From Eledone cirrhosa (lineage: Eukaryota): a stretch of 64,000 bases of DNA. Shown in pieces: positions 13,490 to 25,082 of this stretch (position 1 is its first letter; the number at the start of each line of letters is the position of its first letter). The notes below the pieces were generated by a model. The model saw only the letters and a list, made by a program, of their open reading frames with translations, was not told the DNA's origin and searched no databases. The position numbers were made by a program, and so were the translations under genes. Location of the stretch: the NCBI GenBank assembly GCA_964016885.1, contig OZ024743.1:247566001-247630000 (forward strand), given 5' to 3'.

Positions 13490-15520
13490 CTTGAAAAATA
13501 GTAACTGGAATGTTTCAACCCTTACAGGCAAGGAGCAGGCCATATGCTACTGGCTTGATATAGTTGGGGTTTCCTCAACAAAGCCTCATGGCTCTGGTAC
13601 TGTGGATTTGGATGGAGGATGGAAACTCAGGTGTGATGCCAGAAAAGACTGCACAGGTGAGTGGGGTGACTCACAACCACCTGGATCTCATTGGGAGAAG
13701 GATTTGCTTCTTGAACTTAGCTTGAAAGAAAGATATATGTGGGTGGTGCAAGTTTATGCACCAAACAGCAAGCCCAAATACAGATCCTTCCTTTATAAAG
13801 TATTAGATGCAGTTAAGACTGAGTCATATATCCTAATGGGAGGTTTCAATGTATATGTTGGCACTGACTACCTGACATGAAAAGGAATAATTGGAAGGAA
13901 TGGTGATCCTAATCTAAATATGGAGAGGCCTTATTATACTTCTGTTTAGGCTCTCTATTATGAACACCTTCCAGCACAAAGATATCTATAAATACAAATG
14001 GAATAAGGGAACTTATGGACAGAGATCAATAATTGATTTTGTTATTGTCTCTGATCTCTTTGATTCTGTGCTGGATGTTTGTTTTAAGAGAAGGGCTGAG
14101 CTGTCAACTGATCACCATCTAGTCATCTACAATCTGAAGCCAAGGAAACACACAAAATATGCAGGTCGTGTTCAACCTACAGGATAAAGTGAGAAGCGCT
14201 GGCAGATAAGGAAGTCAGGAACAGATTTGTGGATACTATTGCATCCAAATTCAGAGAATTCCCTGAGCAAACAGGATGTTGAAAAGGAGTGTTGACTGTT
14301 CAGCTCAGCAGTTTCTACTTCAGCTGTTAAATGCTGTAGGCTTGGTGTGGCAGGAGGACCACTTTGTTCAATAAAGATGCCATCTGAGTAAAGTTTTACA
14401 AAACTTCAGATTAGCAAAAATGTTCTGACAGACCATCTGCTGACTTTGCAATAAGAAGTCCTCCTCCACACTTGTATCAGGAACGCGTCTGGGGTGCATC
14501 CTCAAGAGGTGAAGAGAATACTTTGCAGATCTCCTAAACCTTGTCGCAACAACATTTATGATATACATGAGATAGATCTTAGAGGCTGAGGTCACAAGAG
14601 CAATTAAACAGCTCAAATGTGGCAAGACATCATGGAGGATGAAATTTAGCTCAAGATGTTAAAGGCCTTAAATAGAGAAGGTAATTTCTGACTGACTCAT
14701 GTGTGCTGGATGGCCTGGATATCTGCAAAGGCACCTAAGCAATGACAATCAGGAGTGATAATCCCAATTTTCAAAAAGGAAAACAAGAGAAATTACTCCA
14801 ATTATAGAGGGACCTCCTTGTTAAGCCTACTCGCTAAATCTATGATAAGTGTCTGGCAAAGAGAATGGGGAGGATTGCTGAGTTCAAGCTAGCTGACGAA
14901 CAGTGTGGTTTTCTCCCTGTACACAGCACAGTCAGCCAAATATTCTCAACGTGAGAAATAGTAGGAGTATTGCCAAGAAGTGTAGTCTTGTTTGGTAAAC
15001 CTTGAAAAGGCATATGACTGTATTCCACAGGAGCTGTGGTGGAAGGTTCTGCAAGAGTATGGGATCAATGGACAGTTTCTTCTTGCCCTGAAGTCTCCAT
15101 ATGACTGCCCTAGTATTTGTGTTCAGATAAATGGTGCGAAGTGCAAACCATTCAATGTGAGTGTCAGACTCATCTCTCCTGTTCATTATCTTCATGGACA
15201 GGATTAACATGAGCAGCCAGGTTGGAAATGGTATCGAAACTGGGGTTGTATGATCAGCCTGCTGGAATTTGCAGACATGGTGATACTTAACTCGACCAAA
15301 AGTGATCTCCAACATACACTTGATAGTTTTGCTGCACGGTGAAGAAGTCCAAGTATCTCGGGGCTATGTTCAATTGTGATGGAAGATAGGAGGCCGAATT
15401 AAGTTTAAAAAATTGCAAGAGCAGGTGCAGTAATGTGCCAGCTTCAACATCTAGTCATCTGAAGAAAGGAGGTAGGTGTAAAAGCCAAACTCGCTATTTC
15501 TAGTTTGGTATTCAATCCAA
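13490..15520 (+). mobile_element. Degenerate RTE-clade (Expander/Rex3-like) LINE, APE endonuclease + RT fragments
   Basis: Fragmented frames contain WNVSTLTGKE, QVYAPN, MGGFN, IIDF, STDHHLV (APE endonuclease) and NLEKAYDCIP (RT). Many stops and frameshifts. Confidence 0.85.
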
Positions 15521-15559
15521 CCTTTAACTATCTATGTGCATCATTACGTTCTCGTGAGC

Positions 15560-16160
15560 TGCAAATGTCTTTTTTGAATAGTCATTCATTACTGAAGAGT
15601 GGCTCAGTTGGGGTAAAGAGCCAGCTCACGAGTCGAGAAGTGGCCTGCATCCAAGAAAAATTCTTCTGAGCGTGTGGTAGGATATGCAGGGAATAATTCA
15701 TCACGAGCTGCCAGGTGATAATCAAACAATAACAGCCAAAGTCTTTTGCCAACAGCTAATACGAAGCAGCAAAAACGCCGATCATTAACATTAAAACAGA
15801 AAAGGAGTCATCCTTCCTCATGATAACACTAGACCACACACTGCACAAAAGACAAGTGATCACCCCCAAAAATATACCTGGAAAATTATGTTTCACCAAC
15901 CATATTCCACGGACCTCGCATCAACAGATTACCATCTTTTTAGAAGCTTGCAAAATCACTTGAGTGGATTAAGAATTACTTCAAGAAAAGTAAAAAATGA
16001 GTTAGTTTCCTTTTTTAGTTCAAAACCTAAAGAATTTTATGAAAGTGGCGTTAAAAAGCTTAATCACAGATACGAATGGTGACCAGATTAACAATTAAAT
16101 AAATCTGATATTGTGTTGTTTTTCTTATTGAGCCTTAAAAAATGGACAACTTTTATTAGA
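15560..16160 (+). mobile_element. Mariner (DD34D) transposase 3' remnant
   Basis: Translates to FLHDNTRPH and QPYSTDLASTDYHLFRSLQNHL, matching the mariner HDNARPH / YSPDLAPSDY motifs. Frameshifted and 5'-truncated. Confidence 0.85.
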
Positions 16161-16204
16161 ATCTTATTCATTTGGGACAACACATTCAAAGTATATAGAA
16201 ACAA

Positions 16205-16399
16205 AACGAATTATGAAGAGGTAAAAACAAGTTGAATTACATGACTTCCTGTTGGCCATGCGCAGTGATGTTTGTAATAATATTATGGGATTGCTTTTGC
16301 GTGGTATAGTCCAAAATGGTAGATACTATTAATTGTTGGAGTCTATCTCTAACACTATTTCATTATACTAATAATTTATTTGTAGACTAAGAAATAAGC
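16205..16399 (+). promoter_or_regulatory. Putative proximal promoter/5' UTR of CK1alpha copy A
   Basis: Block shared with 23885-24110. Contains ACTTCCTG (ETS-like, 16244), CATGCGCA (NRF1/Ewg half-site-like, 16257) and CAAAATGG (YY1-like, 16312). Function is inferred only. Confidence 0.4.
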
Positions 16400-17374
16400 A
16401 TGGATGTAAGCAGCGAAAGATCATCTGGCCGAAATGATTTTTTTGTTGGTGGGAGGTATCAACTACTGCGGAAAATTGGGAGTGGGTCGTTCGGTGATAT
16501 TTACTTAGGAATCAGCACAATGACTGGCTTGAAAGTCGCTGTTAAATTGGAGCCAGTGGATGCTCGCCACCCTCAACTTCTATACGAAGGTAAACTATAT
16601 AGAATCTTACAAGGAGGCTTTGGCATCCCTCGAGTCCACTTTTGTACTCTGGATAGAGATTATTATATCCTTGTCATGGATTTATTAGGGCCGAGCCTTG
16701 AAGAATTGTTCAATTACTGCTCAAGGCGATTTTCTTTGAAAACTGTTTTGATGATTGCGGACCAGATGATAAGGCGTGTTGAATATGTTCATAACAAAGG
16801 TTTTATTCACCGGGATATTAAGCCTGATAATTTCTTGATGGGAAGCGGAGGACACTTTAATAAGGTATTTCTGATAGATTTTGGTTTGGCAAAAATATAT
16901 CGCGACATTAAAACACGCTTACATATTGCCTACCGTGCAAATAAAGATTTAACCGGCACTGCTCGTTATGCTAGCATTAATACTCATTTAGGAATCGAAC
17001 AGAGCCGTAGGGATGACATGGAATCCCTTGGCTTTGTTTTGGTATATTTTAGACGTGGTAGCCTTCCCTGGCAAGGTCTGAAAGCAGCGACCAAAAAACA
17101 GAAGTATGAGAAGATATGCGAAAGAAAAATGTCTACTTGGAATAGAGTTTTGTGTCAAGATTTACCTATAGAATTCGCTAGGTATGTGAATTACTGTCGT
17201 GCATTGCGTTTTACTGAAACACCCGATTATACGTATCTCAGTCAACTTTTCCGCAGACTTTTTCGTACACTCAATTATCAGTACGATTATATATATGACT
17301 GGACAATGTTAAAACAAAATGCTACTAACAATGTACAGCAGCAAACAACCACACAAGCTTCGACTGCTCGTTAA
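16400..17374 (+). CDS. CSNK1A1: Casein kinase I alpha-like kinase, intronless, diverged paralog (324 aa)
   Basis: Intact ORF with [65 protein letters not shown] and a short alpha-type C-terminus (DWTMLKQ). Confidence 0.93.
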   Translation: MDVSSERSSGRNDFFVGGRYQLLRKIGSGSFGDIYLGISTMTGLKVAVKLEPVDARHPQLLYEGKLYRILQGGFGIPRVHFCTLDRDYYILVMDLLGPSLEELFNYCSRRFSLKTVLMIADQMIRRVEYVHNKGFIHRDIKPDNFLMGSGGHFNKVFLIDFGLAKIYRDIKTRLHIAYRANKDLTGTARYASINTHLGIEQSRRDDMESLGFVLVYFRRGSLPWQGLKAATKKQKYEKICERKMSTWNRVLCQDLPIEFARYVNYCRALRFTETPDYTYLSQLFRRLFRTLNYQYDYIYDWTMLKQNATNNVQQQTTTQASTAR

Positions 17375-18619
17375 AAAAGTATTTATGAGAAAACTCCGAA
17401 TGATATGTCTTGATTAAACAACAAAAAAGCACCAACTTTGTTTTTAATACCAGTCTCGTGTGTCATACGTAAGACATTGAAATATAAACTTACTTATCCA
17501 TTGTAAAAATTTAACCAAGGACTGGTTGAAAATTCCTTGTAAATATCAATTAATAATCGGGAGGAATGTATTTTGCATATAAAAAGTCCTAACAGAATTG
17601 GTTGAATATAAATACCATCTTATCCGTCTGTTTCTTTTTACATGTACGCATACATTCTTACTTTCTCTCCCACCCACTCATCCTCTGATGATTATTTCTA
17701 ATCAGACAGTCCAAGTGCTTTGATGTCCAAAGGAATTAATGTGATGATCACATTGTTGTTAACGATAATAGTAATAAAATTCGATGACAAATACATGGTT
17801 TTGTGGATATCAGCATCAAACCAAAACTGTCTTTGAACTTGACATGAATGAGACTGGTTGTTGGAATTTTTAAGCAACCTTCCCCACAGGTATAAAATGG
17901 AAACAAATAAAATATTTTAGAGAATAAGAGAAATGATTGTATCCTTCATGCAGAAAACTGAAACTGAAATAAATCTTAGGGGTTTCTACTTGTTCGTTTG
18001 ATGCTTCTGTTAATGTAACTATTATTTACCGTACTGGGAGCTTTTTTCATGGCATTAGTACTACCACGGGTGTATTTTATCATGTCTCCAGTGGTACCTC
18101 ATTATAATATTTGGGCCTTGTTTGTATCATTGGCCCAGCTGGTGAGGCAATGATGAGAGAAAGATGAAATAGTGTTAGATTATATGTTTGTTAAGTAGGG
18201 TGGAGGTCACAGTGGGAGAGCAATTGACATGTTATGGAGTGGCCTTGAAGTGAGTGACTTGTACTTGGCAGTATATTGTGAACTGTGTCCCACTTTCCAT
18301 GCATACAAGGGCTGGGCAGGAAAGGTTTATCAAGGATGTGACAGAGAGAAGGGGTGTACATCATCATCATTAAACGTCTATTTTCGATGCTTGCCTGAGC
18401 TAGATGAGCTGTCAGTCTCTGAGACTAGGTTGAACATGGTAATCACATCTAGTTTACATGTTCCATTTTGGAATGACCTCCACCACCAGATGCCCTTCCT
18501 GACTCCGTTTGAGCATTTTATCGTAGTGCAAGGTTGGGCTTGCCTGGCATTCTTTGTTGGCATAAGTCGCATGTGTAAGGAGGACGCATCCACCTTTGGG
18601 CTGGACTAGAAAGGAGGCA

Positions 18620-19330
18620 GTCTTTCCATGGAGGAAAGAGTTGGATGGCAAAGGTGACAATGGAGGAAGTTAGTAGAGGAGGGCTAAGGTGGGATACATA
18701 GATAGTGAGGTAGGATGGGTGAGTATTAAGGTTAGGTAGGTAAGGTGTATGAGGGAGATTGGTGTAAATTACTGTCTTATGCATGAAAAGATGGGTCCTC
18801 TGCAGTATGGTTTGTCACCAATAAACTCGATCCTGCTTTATCGCCTTTGTGAGGTTTAATTGCATGAGTTCAGCTTTTACTACAGCATCTCAAGCTTTCC
18901 TAGGTCTTCCTCTTTCATAGTTTTCATCAACTTAAGAGTGCCCTACATTTCTTTGTTTAGATATACTCCATTGCAGTCTTCTCCCCTGCACACTGCATCT
19001 AACCCCTCTCACACCATCTCTCAATTTTTTCCAATCAAAACCCAAGTCTCACTTTCATACAGCATTGTCATTTACACACGAGCATCCTACAATCTGCCTT
19101 TCATTTTGAGGGAAACCCCTTTGTACTCTGTATTGGTAGTAGATCCTTCAACTTTTTCCAACCTGTTCTCATACTCTGACTCTGCTAATTTGGTTACCCA
19201 AGTAACAGAAGCTGTCAACTACTTTGAGGGAACCCTCTGAGCACTTGATAGATCTCGTTTCTTGTAAGCTCTTGATATTTACTGCTCCTGTTTATCAACC
19301 ACATACAAAGCTTATTTTCTTTACTAGCCT
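18620..19330 (-). mobile_element. RTE LINE 3' fragment
   Basis: Similar to the RTE copy at 60820-61440 (gcatcctacaatctgcctttcattttgagggaaa) and the reverse complement of 48700-49550. Confidence 0.65.
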
Positions 19331-20394
19331 ACCTGATATCCTGTTACATCATTTGTGTACTCATAATTTACATTTAGGACATAGAATAGAATGAGCAAGG
19401 CCATTTCCCTGATGGAATCACGGCCCTGTTTTCTTTTCTATTTACTAGAACTTTAGTCTTTGCTAAGTTAACTTTGAGGCATTTCTATTCCAAATTTTGC
19501 TTCCAAGTCTGGAATTTCTTCTTTGTAGCAGTTGATTATGGCTGTTGCTATGCCAGTTATTGGTTATGACACCATTCTGTATTACTTGGTTTACAATATA
19601 GGTGGTTAAAGTGTGACACTTGACAGAAATCATGTGAGGCAGTTGATAGACAAATCTCAAAGAAGTCATGATGAAGATGAAGACAAAGTTCAACTGAAAT
19701 AATCCATACAGGAGGATGCAACAAGACCAATAAAATGCATATATGATGCTCTAGCTTGAAGAAGGCACCAAGGGGGAGGTGACAGAAAAACTTTCAGGTT
19801 TCCAAAATGTATAATCCTATTAACAACTCAGTTGGTGTCACAAATGAGATTAACTGGGCTAATATATAGTCATATAAGAGATTTCTGTTACACTTGGACA
19901 ATAACTGGGCATGTTGCTGCATTTGCCATGGACAAGGATCTAGAGGATTCAACACTCATGGTGTGCACATAGACAATTCATTCCAAATATGTCTTACCTT
20001 ATGAGTAATTCTTCACAGAGAAAAGACATTATCACTCAGGATGTTCCTTCACCCCCAAGAGTGAACCCCAGGTAAACCCGGAGCTTCAAGCTGATGCTAC
20101 GGACAGAGGAGATTCATATCCTACTCACAAAAGAAAGTGGAATCATGGATTTGGTGCCTCAAAAAGTATAAATCAGGAAACAGAACCCTGACTGAGTTTT
20201 AGATGACTCGTACTATAACTCTCTCCATGGACAGCTGAACAGCCAATTAGCTATGAAAAGCAATCTTATGTATTTGTGTACAAAAAGGTAATATTTTTCA
20301 TATTTGTATACATTTTTACAGGGAGGTTTTAAAGTATAGTTATACCAGCATTAATTTTATCTTAGATTTTCATCATACACCGTTGTGAATGTGA

Positions 20395-20434
<40 letters not shown>

Positions 20435-20440
<6 letters not shown>

Positions 20441-21030
20441 ATTGGAAGACTAATTAAAAAAACCGTTTCCTAAACCATATGACCTAGGGATATCTGAAAA
20501 AAAGATCAAACACTAAACTTGCACCCTTACAAACAGTGGCTCTAATTTCTTCATGAAAACTTGAATGATCCCGACCCTTTGTAAATGGCTTGAGAATGTG
20601 CCAGCTGTGTATCACACACAGAAGGCTGGAATATACTGAAAAAGCTACACAACTCCACAAAATGTCTGAACACGTCGACATATTTCTTGAATCACTGCAC
20701 AAATACACCGTAAAGAACTGAAAAACTCCATCATTCCTCGGTGAAAGGAACTCTAATACCATGGATCCCACTCATTTACCACCAATAAACTTATCAATTT
20801 TCTGCATAAACCCTCCTCTACAAACTCATTAATATTTCTTTTTTATATGCATACTCCAAGAGTTAGCTCCCTTTATTTATTTTTGCCCTCCATTGAGTAT
20901 ATTTAACTATCATATTACCTCCCTTACTTTTCCATTACCACTCTATGTTTATTACCGTCAGCTTCTCTATTGGAATTCTTTTGTAGTTGAAGGAAAAGAA
21001 CACAACCATTACAAAACGCTGTCAATATAG
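20435..21030 (+). mobile_element. Highly decayed Penelope-like element (GIY-YIG C-terminus + tail)
   Basis: Reads ...PFVNGLRMCQLC... followed by a LNT...HK-like segment, resembling the Penelope CxLCxxEK...LNxRSE...CxH tail also seen at 62720-62880. Very degenerate. Confidence 0.35.
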
Positions 21031-22484
21031 GGCGAGTATACGAGGCGGGGACTATCTAAGGAAAAATTTGAAATGGACAACCAAAGAAACAATTGTACCC
21101 AGATGACAACATAATATAATAAATTAATAAATATCTATATACCATGAATTTAGTGCTCTCCCAACTTTATATATATATATTGAAAAGAAGTCATCGGATA
21201 TGAGGATATGACCGAAAAATCTATGATATATATGTGTTGTATGTATGTGCCTTCGATACAATCTGTACCTTGTACATTTATCGATGCTGGGATATGTGAC
21301 AATTTCAACATTTATTTTTGCATTTTGTGGAATTTCATAAATAGAATATACGTACAAATACGAATGCCAGAACATAATTGGCTTTTAAAAGTTTGGCCGA
21401 AACCATAATTATTGTAGTGGCTTTGAAAGGATAATTAGTTTGAGGTAGATTTATGTGTAATATATACGTCGACGACTTTAGATGTTATCATCAATAATGC
21501 AAAAAAGTGTATTTACGAACAGACAAATGATTAAATGCAAACTTATAAATAGTTATTAACAAGTTATACTACATAGGTTAGTCGTAAATTAGGTTTTAAC
21601 AGATAAATAGAATGCTGATTTAATATGTTACGTGGTTTTTAGATAGTTAACACTAAAATCATGTGACAACCAGAGTAGGTAATCTATCACAAACATACTC
21701 CCCAAGCAAATGTTCTCTCATTTGTTGTTCCTGACAACACCTTTGTTTACAAACTAGAGCAAACATACTCAATGGAATAGTCTTTTTGTTTCTTTGTGAA
21801 TTTATAGATTATTTTATTTATAAGATAGACTCACTGTTCAACTTTATCTTCTGGTGGTGTAATTTTGTAAGATTCTTTTATAATGCAAATTACATATTCC
21901 CTTAGTTTGTGTTCTCGTTTAATAAATTATTAACCACTAATTTAATTGCTACTATAAACTATAACATTATTATTTTAAACTATTCAGTCTTTTTTTTTCT
22001 TTTGGATGAATATTATAATGGCTTATTAAAAAACAAAACTCTTTTAGCGAATGAAGACTGACATATGATGAATGTGTATATAATAATAATAATGAAATTA
22101 TTGTGTAAAGTGTTCAGGTGCACTACAACTCGTCAAAGGTGCATGTACAGTACATATAATAATACACAAAGTTCAGGGAAGTGAATAGTGTATGAGTAAT
22201 GATGGACATGTGTGTATGTGTATGGAGGGGGAACATTAGGTGTAGTGTTGGCGAATCTCAGGAAGCTGTGTCTCGACAGCTAACAACCGATGCAGGTAGT
22301 TTGTTCCATGCTTCAGCAACTCTGAGCGAAAGTCATGGGAACTGTACTGTTTTCTGACTTTGTGGGCACATCGCAATCAAAAAGGTACTCAGGGTTGTTG
22401 TTGGCAAGATGGTTAACAATGTTCTTTCTAACGCGATAACCAACAAATTACACCTGAACTGACTCTCATCTGTCAATCTAATAT

Positions 22485-22656
22485 GTTTCTACTTTTGGCA
22501 CAAGGCCAGCAATTACGGTACATTGCTGGTACTTTATTTTATCGACCCCGTAAGGATGAAAGGCAAAGTTAACTCCGGCAGGATTTGAACTCAGAATGCC
22601 AAGGGCCGTAACTCTATGCGTCAAAGCATGGCGTCCGACCCTCTACCGCCCTAATA
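22485..22656 (-). mobile_element. tRNA-derived SINE (Nin/Deu-domain type), 5'-truncated
   Basis: Reverse complement is very similar to the SINE at 46116-46300 (B box GAGTTCAAATCC, gcctttcatcct...gggtcgataaaat). Flanked by direct repeat tcaatctaatat (TSD). Confidence 0.8.
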
Positions 22657-22678
22657 TCAATCTAATATTAAACTAAGA

Positions 22679-22771
22679 GGTTGACTTTGCCTTTCATCCT
22701 TACGGGGTCGATAAAATAAAGTACCAGTAATGAACTGGGTTATTGCTGGCCTTATGCCTAAAGTAGAAATA
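22679..22771 (+). mobile_element. SINE 3' half with 15-bp TSD
   Basis: Same family core. aatattaaactaaga is duplicated at 22664-22678 and 22772-22786. Confidence 0.8.
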
Positions 22772-23218
22772 AATATTAAACTAAGACATGGTTTAAGTTA
22801 ATCATCACATCAAGTTTAGGAGTTCGTCCCGTTGTATATGAGGCCGAATAAGTTATCTTAGTTAACTATGAAATTAAGAATTAGGAAAACTTATGATTTT
22901 AGCTAGTTAGTTATTAATTTTTCATTGAATAATATTTCGGTTTGTCAATTTTATTCCCCCTTAAAATATTATTTTCGCAATGGATGGCAGATCTTAATTA
23001 TTAGGATCTCGCTATTGTTGTTTTGCGAAAAATATGAATAAATATTTAAAATTTAAATGTTTTATGAGATAATCATATTGGTTGCCTAATGAAAAAAAAT
23101 CTTTATTATGTTTTTCATTGAATAATATTTTTGTGTTTCAACTTTAAAATATTAGTTTCGCAATGAATAGTTAATCTTAATTATTGAGATCTCGCTATTG
23201 ACGTTTTTCTAAAAATAT

Positions 23219-23813
23219 AGATATTATAGAAAAACATCCTTCTCGATTTCAGAAATAATTATTTTTCCCCGATTTTTTCTTTTTCCCGTGTGCTATGAAA
23301 TAATCTGACCTCCGAACATACCACAAAGGACTTTCTATCCGAGAACGGAGTGTAGTGAGGAGCCTTGGACTTTATTCCGCACCATCATCACTGGATTTTT
23401 CTTTACCATGTTTTGTTTTTCGTATGTTATATTATTCGATTGTTAGTTAGCCGTGCCTCACGATAAATGTCGGAAAGGTTAGGGGTTAGGGTGAGCGTGT
23501 TTGGAGGTCAGATTCATCGACAACATAGAAAAAGAGAACTATGAAAATAAAATGTTCCCACTAAAACACGGGAGGGATGTAGACTTTCGAAACTCTGAAG
23601 GTCTTACTCACTTCTCTTTCTACAAAGGTTTCGATGTCAGATTCGTTAATAACACGGGGCGAAATGGTAAAGAATACATCAAAGGTTCCCTTTTGTTTTT
23701 TTCGGGGAAAAAGTAAACTGCAACATGTTCGGAGGTCAGATTAGTTGGTAGCAGACGAAAAACAAAAAATATTTCTCACTGAAATATAGAGGGGTGTTTT
23801 TTTATAAATTTAC
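23219..23813. mobile_element. Non-autonomous DNA transposon (MITE) with terminal and subterminal inverted repeats
   Basis: Perfect 19-bp inverted repeat taatctgacctccgaacat (23301-23319 / 23725-23743). Imperfect outer inverted repeat aaaaacatccttctcgatttcag / ctgaaatatagaggggtgttttt. aaaatat lies on both sides. Confidence 0.6.
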
Positions 23814-23884
23814 CAAAATATGAACAAATATATAATTATTCATTTTTGAAATTAATAACTATGACAACAAATATAGAAAATAAA

Positions 23885-24110
23885 ACTGAATTATGAAGAG
23901 GTAAAAAAAAAAAGGTTGAATTATATTACTTCCTATTGACTATGCGCAGTGGTGTATGTATTAATATTATGGGATGTTACTTTTGCATGGCATTGTGGGA
24001 TTAAATATTCATTACTGTCAAAATGGAAGATATTCTTTGGCGTAGTTTATCTTTAACACTATTTTAGTAGGAAAATAATTAATAATTTTATTTGTACACT
24101 TAAAATAAGT
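23885..24110 (+). promoter_or_regulatory. Putative proximal promoter/5' UTR of CK1alpha copy B
   Basis: Homologous to 16205-16399: ACTTCCT (23928), ATGCGCAGTG (23942), CAAAATGG (24019). Confidence 0.4.
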
Positions 24111-25082
24111 ATGGAGGTTGGCAGCGAAAAAACATCTGGCCGAAATGTGTATTTCGCCACTGGAAAGTATCGATTAGTGCGGAGAATTGGCAGTGGGTCG
24201 TTCGGTGATATTTACCTAGGAATCAACATAACAAATGGCGAAGAAGTCGCTGTGAAATTGGAGCCATTGGATGCTCGACACCCTCAACTTCTATACGAAA
24301 GTAAACTATATAGAATATTACAAGGAGGTGTTGGCATCCCTCATACCCGCTGTTGTAATCTGGATAGAGATTATTGTTTTCTTGTCATGGATTTATTAGG
24401 GCCGAGCCTTGAAGATTTGTTCAATTTCTGCTCAAGGCGATTTACTATGAAAACTGTTTTGATGATTGCGGACCAGATGATAGGGCGTATCGAATATGTT
24501 CACAACAAAAATTTTATTCACCGAGATATTAAGCCTGACAATTTCTTGATGGGAATCGGACGACACTGTAATAAGGTATTTATGATAGATTTTGGTTTGG
24601 CAAAAAAATATCGTGACATTAAAACACGCGTACATATTACCTACCGTGAAGATAAAAATTTAACTGGAACTGCTCGTTATGCTAGCGTTAATGCTCATTT
24701 GGGAGTCGAACAGAGCCGTAGGGACGATATGGAATCACTTGGCTATGTTTTGATGTATTTCAATCGTGGTAGCCTTCCCTGGCAAGGTCTGAAAGCAATG
24801 ACCAAAAAACAGAAGTATGAGAAGATAAGCGAGAGAAAAATGTCTACTTCCGTAGAAGCTTTGTGTAAAGGTTTTCCTGCAGAATTTGCCATGTATCTGA
24901 ATTATTGCCGTTCATTGCGTTTTACTGAAGTACCCGATTATCTGTATCTCACACAGATTTTCCGCGTACTTTTTCGTACACTCAATTACAAGTATGACTA
25001 TACATATGACTGGACAATGTTGAAACAAAAAGCTACAAGCAACGTACAACCACCACAGACTTCAATTTCGAATGTTCGTTAG
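24111..25082 (+). CDS. CSNK1A1: Casein kinase I alpha, intronless (323 aa)
   Basis: Intact ORF with alpha-diagnostic [51 protein letters not shown] and DWTMLKQK. All catalytic motifs are present. Confidence 0.96.
   Translation: MEVGSEKTSGRNVYFATGKYRLVRRIGSGSFGDIYLGINITNGEEVAVKLEPLDARHPQLLYESKLYRILQGGVGIPHTRCCNLDRDYCFLVMDLLGPSLEDLFNFCSRRFTMKTVLMIADQMIGRIEYVHNKNFIHRDIKPDNFLMGIGRHCNKVFMIDFGLAKKYRDIKTRVHITYREDKNLTGTARYASVNAHLGVEQSRRDDMESLGYVLMYFNRGSLPWQGLKAMTKKQKYEKISERKMSTSVEALCKGFPAEFAMYLNYCRSLRFTEVPDYLYLTQIFRVLFRTLNYKYDYTYDWTMLKQKATSNVQPPQTSISNVR

Larger units (their letters stand above)
12397..18010 (+). repeat. Segmental duplication copy A (CK1alpha block)
   Basis: 12410-12700 aligns with 21430-21930 (tgaggtagatttatgtgt..., ttgttgttcctgacaacac...). 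16200-16400 aligns with 23880-24110. The CDS and ~630 bp of 3' flank align with 24111-25720. The two copies carry different TE insertions. Confidence 0.85.

Noticed and set aside
19530-20290. Stretch with coding-like composition and possible splice sites between the two kinases
   Set aside because: Stops interrupt the frames I tried and I recognise no protein family; needs tBLASTx or RNA-seq.
20960-21030. Possible second hammerhead after the decayed Penelope fragment (caaaacgctgtc)
   Set aside because: CTGANGA core and stems are not recoverable.
23477-23492. GGTTAGGGGTTAGGGT telomere-like motif
   Set aside because: Only two units, inside a MITE; not a telomeric tract.
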